In this document: positions 37,200 to 46,260 of the stretch, piece by piece
How positions within the stretch are numbered: the stretch's first letter is position 1
Layout of the letters: each line of letters starts with the position of its first letter
Origin: Candidatus Saccharimonadota bacterium
Lineage (GTDB): Bacteria > Patescibacteriota > Saccharimonadia > Saccharimonadales > Saccharimonadaceae
NCBI GenBank assembly: GCA_017433245.1
Contig: JAFRHO010000005.1
Span: 27,183-91,182, forward strand
Length of the DNA: 64,000 nt
Direction: 5' to 3'
The notes under the pieces: generated by a model
The model's input: the letters and a program-made list of their open reading frames with translations, nothing else
Databases searched by the model: none
Told to the model about the DNA's origin: nothing
Translations under genes and position numbers: made by a program

Positions 37200-39923
37200 T
37201 TAGTTATTATTGGCGTTAGTATTGGATGGCTTAGTATCAGTATCAGTAGAAGTAGGAGTCAAAGTCATCTCGCTTGTGGCTGTGCCACCGGCTGAATCAG
37301 AAATCACGAGCTTAATATTCTTTTCTTTACCAGTTAAAGTATAGCCATTAATCTTGCCACTACCACTAAGAGAAATACCAGATTTTTCGACACCGTCAAC
37401 GTATAAAGTATAGCCAGTTATATCATAGGTGCCCTTGCGTATATTGGCAACAATAGTATTTCCGCTGGTCGATAGAGCAAGCTGTGGTGGAGTGTAATCA
37501 CAAGTGTCGCTGCTATCTCGATTGTAAGGTTCTGGTACATTATAGATAGATTTACCAGTCATTGGATCTGTAACCTTGGTGACTTCAACTGCAATCTTCT
37601 GATCTTCAGGAGTACAATTGGCAGCAAGTAAGTGATTGTACTTATTGAACGTTAGGCTTTCCCTAGCAATACCAGAGTTTTTGGCAGCGTTAAACCAGCT
37701 TGGCCAGATGTCAGTCTTACCATTTACTGACAATACCTGGATACCGGCTGGGCGGGCTGGCTGGTCACCCGGATGCCATTTGCCGTCTGGGCCATAAACT
37801 TCGTGATGAACACGATCCATGAAGGTACCAACAACATAACGAACCGGATCACCAGAACCAACTGCAAAACCGCGACCATCGTGATTGCCGTTCCAAACGA
37901 AGGTCGATAAGGCAGTAGAATAGCTTTCGATTAGGGAGTCCTTAACCTCGACAGAGTTTGCGGTAGTAGTAGTACCAGTCTTAGTGGCAGTCCAAACATC
38001 AGGAATATTGAATCCAATTGTACTGTTGGCCCACCGTGCGCTGCGATCGCTTAAAATATCAGAGATCATGTAAGCAACCTGTTCGTCAACCACGCGAGTA
38101 GCTTCGGAATCAGTCCAAGATTCGATGACTTCACCAGAGGAGTTTTTGACTTCGAGTACGTAGGCTAAATCTTTGTAGGAGCCGCCGCGGGCAAGTGAGG
38201 CGTAGGCATTGGCATGCTCAACCATTTTGACTCCACAACCAGAACCAATGGCAATGGACAGACCATAGCCTTCACGACCGTCGCAGTAGGTTTTGTCGCC
38301 TAGAGCATGGGCAACTTCGAGGGAATTATCAATACCATTAATATACAGCGCTTTAACAGCGGCGATATTAAGAGAGTGACCTAGTGAGAAGCGAATCGTC
38401 ACGTTACCGTAGAAAGTGTTGGTGGCATTGGTTAGTGCGCAGGCACCGGAATAACCGGCACAATAGATACTGTTGATATTCTCGTCACGAAGGATTGAAC
38501 CTGGACCATAATTAATACCTTCTCGCTCTACGAAGAGTGGCGCATAATCAAGGATGGGCTTAATAGACGAGCCTGGTTCGATAAGAGAATCGGTCGTCAC
38601 ATTAAGCTCGCCGTAGGTAGGATTGAAAAAGTCAGCAGAACCAACCATGGCAATGACTTGCGATGTTTCTACATCCACTGAGACCATGGCGAGATTATCG
38701 GTGCCATTGCGATACAATTCGCCGACACCAACAGCAATGGAATCTTCGGCGATTTTTTGAGCACGATAATCGAGGGTGGTTTTGATGGTCCATCCCCCCG
38801 CTCGCATGGTAGAAATACCATACTTTTCTTCGAGCTGTTTCTTAACTTCAAGTACAAAGTGAGGCGCTAGCATGTCAGCATACTGACTAGATTCTGGCTT
38901 GATGGTGTCCAGAATCGCAACTTCCTTTGCAGCAGCAGCTTCTTCTGGGGTGATATATTCTTTAATAACCATGTCGTCAAGAACTTTGTGCTGGCGTTCG
39001 ATGAGCATTTCGTTACCATATATATTATATGGGTTAAGGACGGCGGGATTGTTCGGGATGGCAGCTAGAAGGGCGGCCTCTGGAAGGGTGAGGTCCTTGG
39101 CGGATTTACCGAAATAAGTCTGGGCAGCTGATTCGACACCGTTGCGACGACCACCGTAAGGTGATTGATTGAGATACATGGTAAGGATTTCTTCCTTGGA
39201 GTACATTTTCTCGAGCTCGATTGCGAGAATTAGCTCTTTAATTTTGCGCTGGAGACCACCACGGTTGGCACTGGCTGCTTCGTCGGAGAAGTAAACCTGC
39301 TTGATTAGTTGCTGAGTTAAGGTCGAACCACCCTGTACATCTTGGCCGGTGACCGTATATAATACCGCACGACCGAGAGCTACGAAGTCAACACCATGGT
39401 GATTGTAGAAATTCTTGTCTTCGATGGCCACGGTTGCCTGATACATGTACTCGGAAATATCTTCGCCGCTCACTACCAAACGATAATCGTCGTTGCCGGT
39501 ATCTTTCCAAAGTACTTCGCCGTTACGGTCAAGATAAGTATTAACAGTTTCGGAAATTGACATTTCATCAAGACGGATTTCATCGAGATCTTTCTTGTAA
39601 TAAAGGAATAAACCACCAATGAAGATAATACCGATTAGAATACAAGCCGCAAAGAACTTCAAAATGGCTTTCTGGCCACGCCAAGAGAACCACCATTTAA
39701 AGACGCGCTTAGGATGTAGCCTTGCAAAAAAGCGTTTGACTGGATTCTTGGGAAGCTTCGCGAGTTCTTCTGCGCGTCGCCTCGAGTTAGCCTCTTTCTT
39801 GGCTCGATGTCTATAGCTTAGGCTCGAGTAAAGGCTCATATTACTTTTCGCAGTTTTTGATGAGGACTTTTTGGCACGTTTTTTGTTACGTGGCAAAATT
39901 ACCTCGGATTTTTTCTTTACCAT
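37200..39923 (-). CDS. Class A penicillin-binding protein (transglycosylase/transpeptidase)
   Basis: AIEDKNFY.H.G, GGSTLTQQL, RKIKE, YLN, PGSSIKP (SxxK), SLN, KTGTT. Confidence 0.96.
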   Translation of the reverse strand: MVKKKSEVILPRNKKRAKKSSSKTAKSNMSLYSSLSYRHRAKKEANSRRRAEELAKLPKNPVKRFFARLHPKRVFKWWFSWRGQKAILKFFAACILIGIIFIGGLFLYYKKDLDEIRLDEMSISETVNTYLDRNGEVLWKDTGNDDYRLVVSGEDISEYMYQATVAIEDKNFYNHHGVDFVALGRAVLYTVTGQDVQGGSTLTQQLIKQVYFSDEAASANRGGLQRKIKELILAIELEKMYSKEEILTMYLNQSPYGGRRNGVESAAQTYFGKSAKDLTLPEAALLAAIPNNPAVLNPYNIYGNEMLIERQHKVLDDMVIKEYITPEEAAAAKEVAILDTIKPESSQYADMLAPHFVLEVKKQLEEKYGISTMRAGGWTIKTTLDYRAQKIAEDSIAVGVGELYRNGTDNLAMVSVDVETSQVIAMVGSADFFNPTYGELNVTTDSLIEPGSSIKPILDYAPLFVEREGINYGPGSILRDENINSIYCAGYSGACALTNATNTFYGNVTIRFSLGHSLNIAAVKALYINGIDNSLEVAHALGDKTYCDGREGYGLSIAIGSGCGVKMVEHANAYASLARGGSYKDLAYVLEVKNSSGEVIESWTDSEATRVVDEQVAYMISDILSDRSARWANSTIGFNIPDVWTATKTGTTTTANSVEVKDSLIESYSTALSTFVWNGNHDGRGFAVGSGDPVRYVVGTFMDRVHHEVYGPDGKWHPGDQPARPAGIQVLSVNGKTDIWPSWFNAAKNSGIARESLTFNKYNHLLAANCTPEDQKIAVEVTKVTDPMTGKSIYNVPEPYNRDSSDTCDYTPPQLALSTSGNTIVANIRKGTYDITGYTLYVDGVEKSGISLSGSGKINGYTLTGKEKNIKLVISDSAGGTATSEMTLTPTSTDTDTKPSNTNANNN

Positions 39924-39995
39924 GTTTCTATTATACACTATTTTGAGTTTTTGCAAAAAAACTATTGGTTTTGCCAAATTTGATATAATGAAGGT

Positions 39996-40928
39996 ATGGA
40001 ATTATCAATTATTATACCAGTATATAATAGTGCAAAATGGCTCGAAAGATGCGTAAAGTCAATCCTGAAATCCATTAGAACCGCTGGTGTGAAAACTGAA
40101 ATTATTCTGATAGATAACAACTCAACCGACGAGTCGCCCCAAATTATAAAGGCACTCCAAAAGCAAAGGCCGAAGACAATCAGAACCGCCGTTTGCAAAA
40201 CTCAAGGTGCAGCCGCAACAAGAAACTATGGCGCAGGAATCGCGCAGGGCAAATATATCTGGTTCGTGGATGCCGATGATACAATCAGCGCTGATGCTAT
40301 CACCAAACTACTAACGGAAGCTAAAAAGCAGAATGCAGACATCGTGATGCTCGGCATGCAACGCATTTATCCGGATGGGCATACGGATTATTTATCGGCG
40401 GTCTGTCCGAAGGAAGATGATTATAAGAGCCGCTTTGTGCGTTATGGCTTGGGACCAGTACAGTTGTTAATAAAAAGGAGTTGGTGGACTGATAATAATT
40501 TGTGTTTTCATGAGGGTATTATTCATGAGGACATGGAGTTGATGTCGTCGTTAATACTATATACAGATAAATATGCCTGCGTGAATGAGCCGCTATATTA
40601 TTATTATCAAAACACCGATTCGGTGCTACATAAAACCCAGTGGGACCCACATTGTTATGATATTTTCCCGGCGCTAGAGGGACTGTATAATAAGTTCCGA
40701 CAGAAAAACGCCACCTCGCAATATCATGACGAGCTGGAATGGTTTTTTATCTGGAATTTGCTCATTGATTCAGCCAAAGATTTCAGTAAATTCAAAGAGG
40801 GGAGACCTGGGTTTGCTAAGACACGTAAGATGCTAAAGACTTATTTTCCGAAATGGCGTAGTAATCAGTTTTTGAAACAAAAACCATTAAAACTACAAAT
40901 TTTAGTAAGACTTAATTATTACAAATAA
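39996..40928 (+). CDS. Glycosyltransferase family 2
   Basis: SIIIPVYN, IDNNSTD, RNYG, WFVDADD, HEDM. Confidence 0.93.
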   Translation: MELSIIIPVYNSAKWLERCVKSILKSIRTAGVKTEIILIDNNSTDESPQIIKALQKQRPKTIRTAVCKTQGAAATRNYGAGIAQGKYIWFVDADDTISADAITKLLTEAKKQNADIVMLGMQRIYPDGHTDYLSAVCPKEDDYKSRFVRYGLGPVQLLIKRSWWTDNNLCFHEGIIHEDMELMSSLILYTDKYACVNEPLYYYYQNTDSVLHKTQWDPHCYDIFPALEGLYNKFRQKNATSQYHDELEWFFIWNLLIDSAKDFSKFKEGRPGFAKTRKMLKTYFPKWRSNQFLKQKPLKLQILVRLNYYK

Positions 40929-40966
40929 TGGCGGTTTGGCATTTTGCCATGCTATAATGAATATAT

Positions 40967-42607
40967 ATGCGGAGATTTCGATTTAAATCAGTGGTAGCGC
41001 TGGCGAACATGAAGATGTCGGTGAAATCGGCGGCGATTGTACTTGCAAGCTCAACTTTGATTTCTGCTCTACTCGGATTATTCCGTGACCGCTTATTAAA
41101 TTCGTATTATTTGGGTACGTACCCGACTGGAATTGATGCTTATACTGCAGCATTTACGATCCCGGATTTCATGTTTTTTATTCTGACTTCGGGAGCTTTG
41201 GCAGTTTCATTCATTCCGGTATTTAACCAGAGATTAGCGACAGGCAACAAAAAGTCAGCATGGGAGATGTCGTCTAGTTTGATTAACCTACTGGCGTTAC
41301 TGACTTTATTGACTAGTGCATTAATCATGATTTTTGCGGACCCGTTGATTCGCTATATTGTTTCACCAGGCCTAGACGAATCGGGTATGGTACTCGCTAT
41401 CAATATGACGCGAGTGATTGCAATTAACCCGTTCCTGTTCTCGATTGCGACAGTCTTAACATCAATGCAACAAGCAGTGGGTCGATTTATCTTCTATGCG
41501 TTTGCGCCTGCTATATATAATATAGGCATTATTATTGGTATTACTTGGTTCACGGGTGGAATTAATCTGTTTGGGATACAGTTGTTCGAAGGTGGCATTA
41601 TGGGAGTAGCGATGGGCGTGATTCTGGGAGCCATTATGCAATTAATCGTGGCGCTGATTGGGCTATTTGGGCTGGGATTTGATTATGATTTTAAGATTTA
41701 TTGGCGCAACCAAGGATTTCGGACAATTTTGCGGCTATTGCCGCCGCGCTCGCTTGACCAGGGAATTGATTATGTTAATTCGCTAGTGAGCATGAATTTG
41801 TCTTCGCGGATGGGGGCGGGGGCGGTGCGTTCGTATGATCAGGCGACGACCCTACATACCGTACCAGTGAGTTTGATTGGTGTGGCGATTTCGACGGCAT
41901 TCTTCCCGAAATTAACGGAGGAACTGGGCGACGGCGATGACGGAAAATTTTACGAAACCTTCCGTCAAGCTCTTCGCATGATTATTTGGATTGCACTACC
42001 AATTTCGGTGATTGCATTCTTTACACGAGGCTATGTGACGAGTTTTATTTCAAATATCGGAAATAATGATAGTAACGGAACGATTTCATCGATTTTAGGA
42101 ATGTTATGCTTAGCGATTTTTGCAAAATCGGTATTTCATATTGCATCGAGAGGATTCTATGCTTATCAGGATACTAAGACGCCGTTTCGGGTATCAATTG
42201 TAGCGATTGGGATTACAATTGGCATGATGGTGCTGTTCTCGACGATGGGATTTGGTGTTGATGGTCTAGGTATGGCGCAGTCGATTGGAGCGATGCTTGA
42301 GGTGATTATTCTTTTGACAATTCTACAGAAACGTTCACATGGGAGAATCTTGAATCTCGAATTCTGGCGAGCCTTGTCACGAATGCTAATTGCGACGGCC
42401 GTAGCAGGGTGCGTCGCATTCTCGATGACAAAGTTTATTCCTTTAATGGCAACAGATAATTCGTTAGTCATAACTATACCGAAATTCCTAGTGATTTCGA
42501 CTATCTCCGTGGCTTCGTATTTTGCAGCAAGTTATTTCTTAAGCCTAAAAGAAGCTATGCCAGTGTTTAGGTATCTGAAGAAAAAACTGTTTAAGAACGT
42601 CAAGTAA
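40967..42607 (+). CDS. murJ: Lipid II flippase MurJ
   Basis: LLGLFRDRLL, DAYTAAFTIPD, GALAVSFIPVF, STAFFP, GFYAYQDTKTP. Confidence 0.93.
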   Translation: MRRFRFKSVVALANMKMSVKSAAIVLASSTLISALLGLFRDRLLNSYYLGTYPTGIDAYTAAFTIPDFMFFILTSGALAVSFIPVFNQRLATGNKKSAWEMSSSLINLLALLTLLTSALIMIFADPLIRYIVSPGLDESGMVLAINMTRVIAINPFLFSIATVLTSMQQAVGRFIFYAFAPAIYNIGIIIGITWFTGGINLFGIQLFEGGIMGVAMGVILGAIMQLIVALIGLFGLGFDYDFKIYWRNQGFRTILRLLPPRSLDQGIDYVNSLVSMNLSSRMGAGAVRSYDQATTLHTVPVSLIGVAISTAFFPKLTEELGDGDDGKFYETFRQALRMIIWIALPISVIAFFTRGYVTSFISNIGNNDSNGTISSILGMLCLAIFAKSVFHIASRGFYAYQDTKTPFRVSIVAIGITIGMMVLFSTMGFGVDGLGMAQSIGAMLEVIILLTILQKRSHGRILNLEFWRALSRMLIATAVAGCVAFSMTKFIPLMATDNSLVITIPKFLVISTISVASYFAASYFLSLKEAMPVFRYLKKKLFKNVK

Positions 42608-42627
42608 ATTGTGTTATAATAATGTGT

Positions 42628-42915
42628 ATGAATATAAAACGCGAGGATATTTTGCATTTAGCGAGTTTATCAAATTTGTCGCTATCTGATGAAGAGGTAA
42701 AATCGCTAGGCAAAGATTTACAGGATATTATTAAGTATATCTCTCAACTTGACGAGCTGGATACGAAGGACGTAGAGCCGACCTACCAAGTGTTTGAGAT
42801 GAAAAACGTGTGGCGGGATGATGAGATTGTAGACCAAGGGGTTAGTCGTGAAGAGCTATTAGCACTAAGTGCCGAGAGTAGAGATAACCAAATAGAGGTA
42901 CCAAAAGTATTATGA
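42628..42915 (+). CDS. gatC: Asp/Glu-tRNA amidotransferase subunit C
   Basis: ILHLASLSNL, IIKYISQLDELDT..VEPT, WRDD, VPKVL. Confidence 0.93.
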   Translation: MNIKREDILHLASLSNLSLSDEEVKSLGKDLQDIIKYISQLDELDTKDVEPTYQVFEMKNVWRDDEIVDQGVSREELLALSAESRDNQIEVPKVL

Positions 42916-44285
42916 AAACTGCCAATAAGAAAGTGACCGCCGAAAGGTTGGTAAGAGATGCTCTGGAAAAAGCGGAATTTTTCAGAGATTATAACATTTT
43001 TACATTTTTAAATAAGACTGGAGCAATTCAGAAAGCGCGCGAGATTGATGCTAAGATTGCTAAAGGCGAAAAGGTGGGGAGATTGGCCGGCGTGCCGTAT
43101 GCTCTTAAGGATAATTTTCTGAGCCCTGAAGGCGAGACGACCGCATCGGCGCATATCTTGGAGGGTTTTACTTCGCCGGTGACTGCTACTGTAGTGGAGA
43201 AGTTAGAAGCCGAAGGTGCAATCATGATTGGAAGGACAAATCTAGACGCCTTTGCGCATGGTTCTTCGACGGAAAATTCGTATTATGGTCCGACCTTAAA
43301 TGCCTTCGATCAGGAGCGTGTAGCGGGTGGTTCGTCCGGTGGTTCAGCGGTGGCAGTGGCGCTGGATATCGTGGAATTTGCGACCGGAACCGATACTGGT
43401 GGTTCGATCCGACAGCCAGCCTCATTCAACGGTGTATATGGGCTCAAACCAACTTATGGATGCAATTCACGTTATGGCGTGGTTGCGATGGCGTCATCGA
43501 CGGATTGTATCGGATTCTTCACGAAGACGACTGAGGATATGGACCTCTTGATGTCGGTGGCTTCTGGGCAAGACCCAAAAGACATGACGACATTACCGGA
43601 TTTTTATAATGATACCAAGCCCTCTAAGCCTCGTGGTCGAATTGGCGTAATTAAAGATTTTGACAACGAGTTGGTGAATAAGGAGATTAGAAGTGCATTA
43701 AAGAAGAAGTGCGAAGCGTTAGAGAAGAAGGGGTACGAGATTGTAGAACTTGAGATGCCGGCGTTAAAATATGCACTGGCAGCATATTATATTATTGTGC
43801 CAGCGGAAGTAGCGTCGAACTTGTCGCGCTATGATGGTGTGAGATATGCTCTACGATCAGATAAATCAGATGATTTGGACAGTTTGTATGAAAACACACG
43901 CAATGAAGGCTTTATGCCAGAGAATAAACGTCGGATTATGATTGGTAACTTCGTTTTGTCATCTGGATTCTACGATGCGTATTTCTTGAAAGCGGCGAAG
44001 GCTAGGACTTTAATCGTGAAGGAGTATGAAAAGGCCTTTGAGAAAGTTGACTATATCTTAACACCAGTATCACCGAGCCCGGCGTTCAAACTGGGCGAGA
44101 AGGTAAACGACCCGATTGCAATGTACCTGGAAGACGTAATGAGTGTATCATTGAACCTCGCCGGCGTGCCAGGTCTAGCAGTGCCGGTAGGGAAGACGAA
44201 ATCGGGTCTGCCGATTGGTTTGCAATTAGTGGGGCCAAGGCGCAGCGATAAAAACTTAATAAAATTTGCAAAGGAGCTTGAATAA
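42912..44285 (+). CDS. gatA: Asp/Glu-tRNA amidotransferase subunit A
   Basis: LAGVPYALKDN, GGSSGGSA, GTDTGGSIRQPAS, SNLSRYDG, KRRIMIG. Confidence 0.97.
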   Translation: MKTANKKVTAERLVRDALEKAEFFRDYNIFTFLNKTGAIQKAREIDAKIAKGEKVGRLAGVPYALKDNFLSPEGETTASAHILEGFTSPVTATVVEKLEAEGAIMIGRTNLDAFAHGSSTENSYYGPTLNAFDQERVAGGSSGGSAVAVALDIVEFATGTDTGGSIRQPASFNGVYGLKPTYGCNSRYGVVAMASSTDCIGFFTKTTEDMDLLMSVASGQDPKDMTTLPDFYNDTKPSKPRGRIGVIKDFDNELVNKEIRSALKKKCEALEKKGYEIVELEMPALKYALAAYYIIVPAEVASNLSRYDGVRYALRSDKSDDLDSLYENTRNEGFMPENKRRIMIGNFVLSSGFYDAYFLKAAKARTLIVKEYEKAFEKVDYILTPVSPSPAFKLGEKVNDPIAMYLEDVMSVSLNLAGVPGLAVPVGKTKSGLPIGLQLVGPRRSDKNLIKFAKELE

Positions 44286-44704
44286 TGGATGGTGGTGTAA
44301 TTACATTCCTTTTGGCTATTTTGATTGTAGCAGTTTTGGTTTTTGTGGCAATACTACTAACCGGCAAGCGAGGCCATCATTTCAATGTGGAGTTTTATCA
44401 GACGAGATTTCTGGAGATCGAAAACCGCTTAAAACAGGATAATCTAGCAAGTTATACCACGACGATTATTAATGGTGATAAGTTGCTTGATAAAGCATTG
44501 ATTGAAATGGGCGTATCCGGCAAAACCATGGGCGACCGCTTGAAACGTGTAGGTGATAGATTTACAAATACAAACGCTGTATGGCGAGCGCATAAACTGC
44601 GCAATGCGATTGCACATGAGTCAGATTTTGAAGTGGGTTACAAGCAGGCTTATAATGCTCTGCAGGTTTACAAACAAGCGTTAAAGGATTTAGGAGCAAT
44701 ATGA
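44285..44704 (+). CDS. Membrane-anchored hypothetical protein with HEPN-like RxxxxH motif
   Basis: N-terminal TM; DKLLDKAL...G.TMGDRLK...AHKLRNAIAHE; overlaps both gatA stop and gatB start. Confidence 0.7.
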   Translation: MDGGVITFLLAILIVAVLVFVAILLTGKRGHHFNVEFYQTRFLEIENRLKQDNLASYTTTIINGDKLLDKALIEMGVSGKTMGDRLKRVGDRFTNTNAVWRAHKLRNAIAHESDFEVGYKQAYNALQVYKQALKDLGAI

Positions 44705-46119
44705 GTAAATACGTACCGACGATCGGAATTGAATGCCACGTACAATTATGTACGAAGACAAAGTTGTTTTCGGAAGTGGATAACGACGCGCGTGGCAAAG
44801 AACCGAATTCGTGTGTATCACCAGTGGATTATGCTCTTCCCGGGATGTTGCCGAGACTAAATGGTGAAGCGATTCGGTTTGCAATTTTAGCAGGACGAGC
44901 GATGAATTGCGAAATTAATGCCTTTTCGCGATTCGATCGTAAACATTATTTCTATCCAGATTCACCGAAGGGATACCAGATTACGCAGTTCTACCAGCCG
45001 ATTATTGGGGCTGGTTATGTGGAGTTGCCATCTGGAACGAAGATTCGGATTGAACATGCCCACCTTGAAGGCGACGCAGGAAAACTGACGCATTTTGACG
45101 GATACTCACTCGTGGATTTGAATCGTGTTGATACGCCTCTTATCGAAATTGTGTCGATGCCGGATATTCATTCGGCAAAAGACGCGCATGACTACTGTAA
45201 GGAATTATGGAGATTGATGTGCTATGCGGGTGTGACGTATGGGGATTTATATAACGGCAATATGAGGTTTGACGTGAACACATCATTGGCGCCGGAAGGC
45301 TCTAAAAAGCTTGGCACGCGAACTGAAGTAAAGAATCTTAATTCTTTCCGCTCGGTAGAACGGGCAGTTGAATACGAAATCAAAAGACAAACTAAAGTGT
45401 TAGACTCTGGTGAGAAGGTCATACAACAGACTTTGGGCTGGTCTGACGCAACGGGAAAGACTACGCCGCAACGCTCAAAGGAGGTGGCGGCGGATTATCG
45501 TTACATGCCGGAGCCAGATTTGCCACCGATTCATTTGTCTACTGAATTCATAGAAACTGAATCAGCTAAGTTACCGTTGATGCCTTCGGACTATCGCGAG
45601 AAGTTTAAGAGTACGATTGCCGAGGATATCATGGAAGTATTACTCGATTATCCTGCATTAATGCAGAAATTAGGTGAGATCGATGAGAAATATGTAAAGA
45701 ATGTTTCGAATCTATTTGCGTCAGTGCTGCTGGCCGAAGAGAAATCGGCAGAATATTTGAATGGTCTGCCGTCTGCGAAAGATTTGAATGAATTAGCCGA
45801 GATGAATGAGAAGAAGGAATTATCTTCGACGGCAACGAAGGAAGTGTTCCTCCGATTATTCGATCCGCAAATGAAGGGGCATGGTGCGAAGAATATTGCG
45901 AAGGAATTGGGTTTAATTCAGGAAAATGACCTCGGGGCGCTCGAGAAAATTGTGGAGACAGTGTTAGCCAAGCCGGAAACTAAGAAGGCGCAGGAAGATT
46001 TCAAAGCAGGGCAAGAAAAGGTACTCGGCTTCTTGGTGGGCCAAGTCATGAAGGAATCACATGGCAAAGCAAATCCGTCGGTGGTGAGTGAAATACTACG
46101 CCATAAGTTGACAAAATAA
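44701..46119 (+). CDS. gatB: Asp/Glu-tRNA amidotransferase subunit B
   Basis: IGIECHVQL, FDRKHYFYPD.PKGYQITQ, HLEGDAGK, EVKNLNSF, DYRYMPEPDLPP, GQVMK. Confidence 0.97.
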   Translation: MSKYVPTIGIECHVQLCTKTKLFSEVDNDARGKEPNSCVSPVDYALPGMLPRLNGEAIRFAILAGRAMNCEINAFSRFDRKHYFYPDSPKGYQITQFYQPIIGAGYVELPSGTKIRIEHAHLEGDAGKLTHFDGYSLVDLNRVDTPLIEIVSMPDIHSAKDAHDYCKELWRLMCYAGVTYGDLYNGNMRFDVNTSLAPEGSKKLGTRTEVKNLNSFRSVERAVEYEIKRQTKVLDSGEKVIQQTLGWSDATGKTTPQRSKEVAADYRYMPEPDLPPIHLSTEFIETESAKLPLMPSDYREKFKSTIAEDIMEVLLDYPALMQKLGEIDEKYVKNVSNLFASVLLAEEKSAEYLNGLPSAKDLNELAEMNEKKELSSTATKEVFLRLFDPQMKGHGAKNIAKELGLIQENDLGALEKIVETVLAKPETKKAQEDFKAGQEKVLGFLVGQVMKESHGKANPSVVSEILRHKLTK

Positions 46120-46136
46120 TATATCTGTGGTATAAT
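46108..46136 (+). promoter_or_regulatory. Perfect consensus promoter with no downstream gene
   Basis: TTGACA 46108-46113, 17 nt, TGG-TATAAT 46131-46136. Confidence 0.65.
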
Positions 46137-46143
46137 ATATAAG

Positions 46144-46169
46144 ATAAAGCCCGAAGGGGCTTTATTTTT
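46144..46169 (+). terminator. Intrinsic terminator after gatB
   Basis: ATAAAGCCC-GAAG-GGGCTTTAT-TTTT. Confidence 0.85.
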
Positions 46170-46260
46170 ATGAAAACCTGTGGTAGAATTAGGGGAATCA
46201 TGTCTTGTTTTTGAGTGTAGAACTAAAAAACTGACGGAATAATAATTATTAAAGGAGCAT

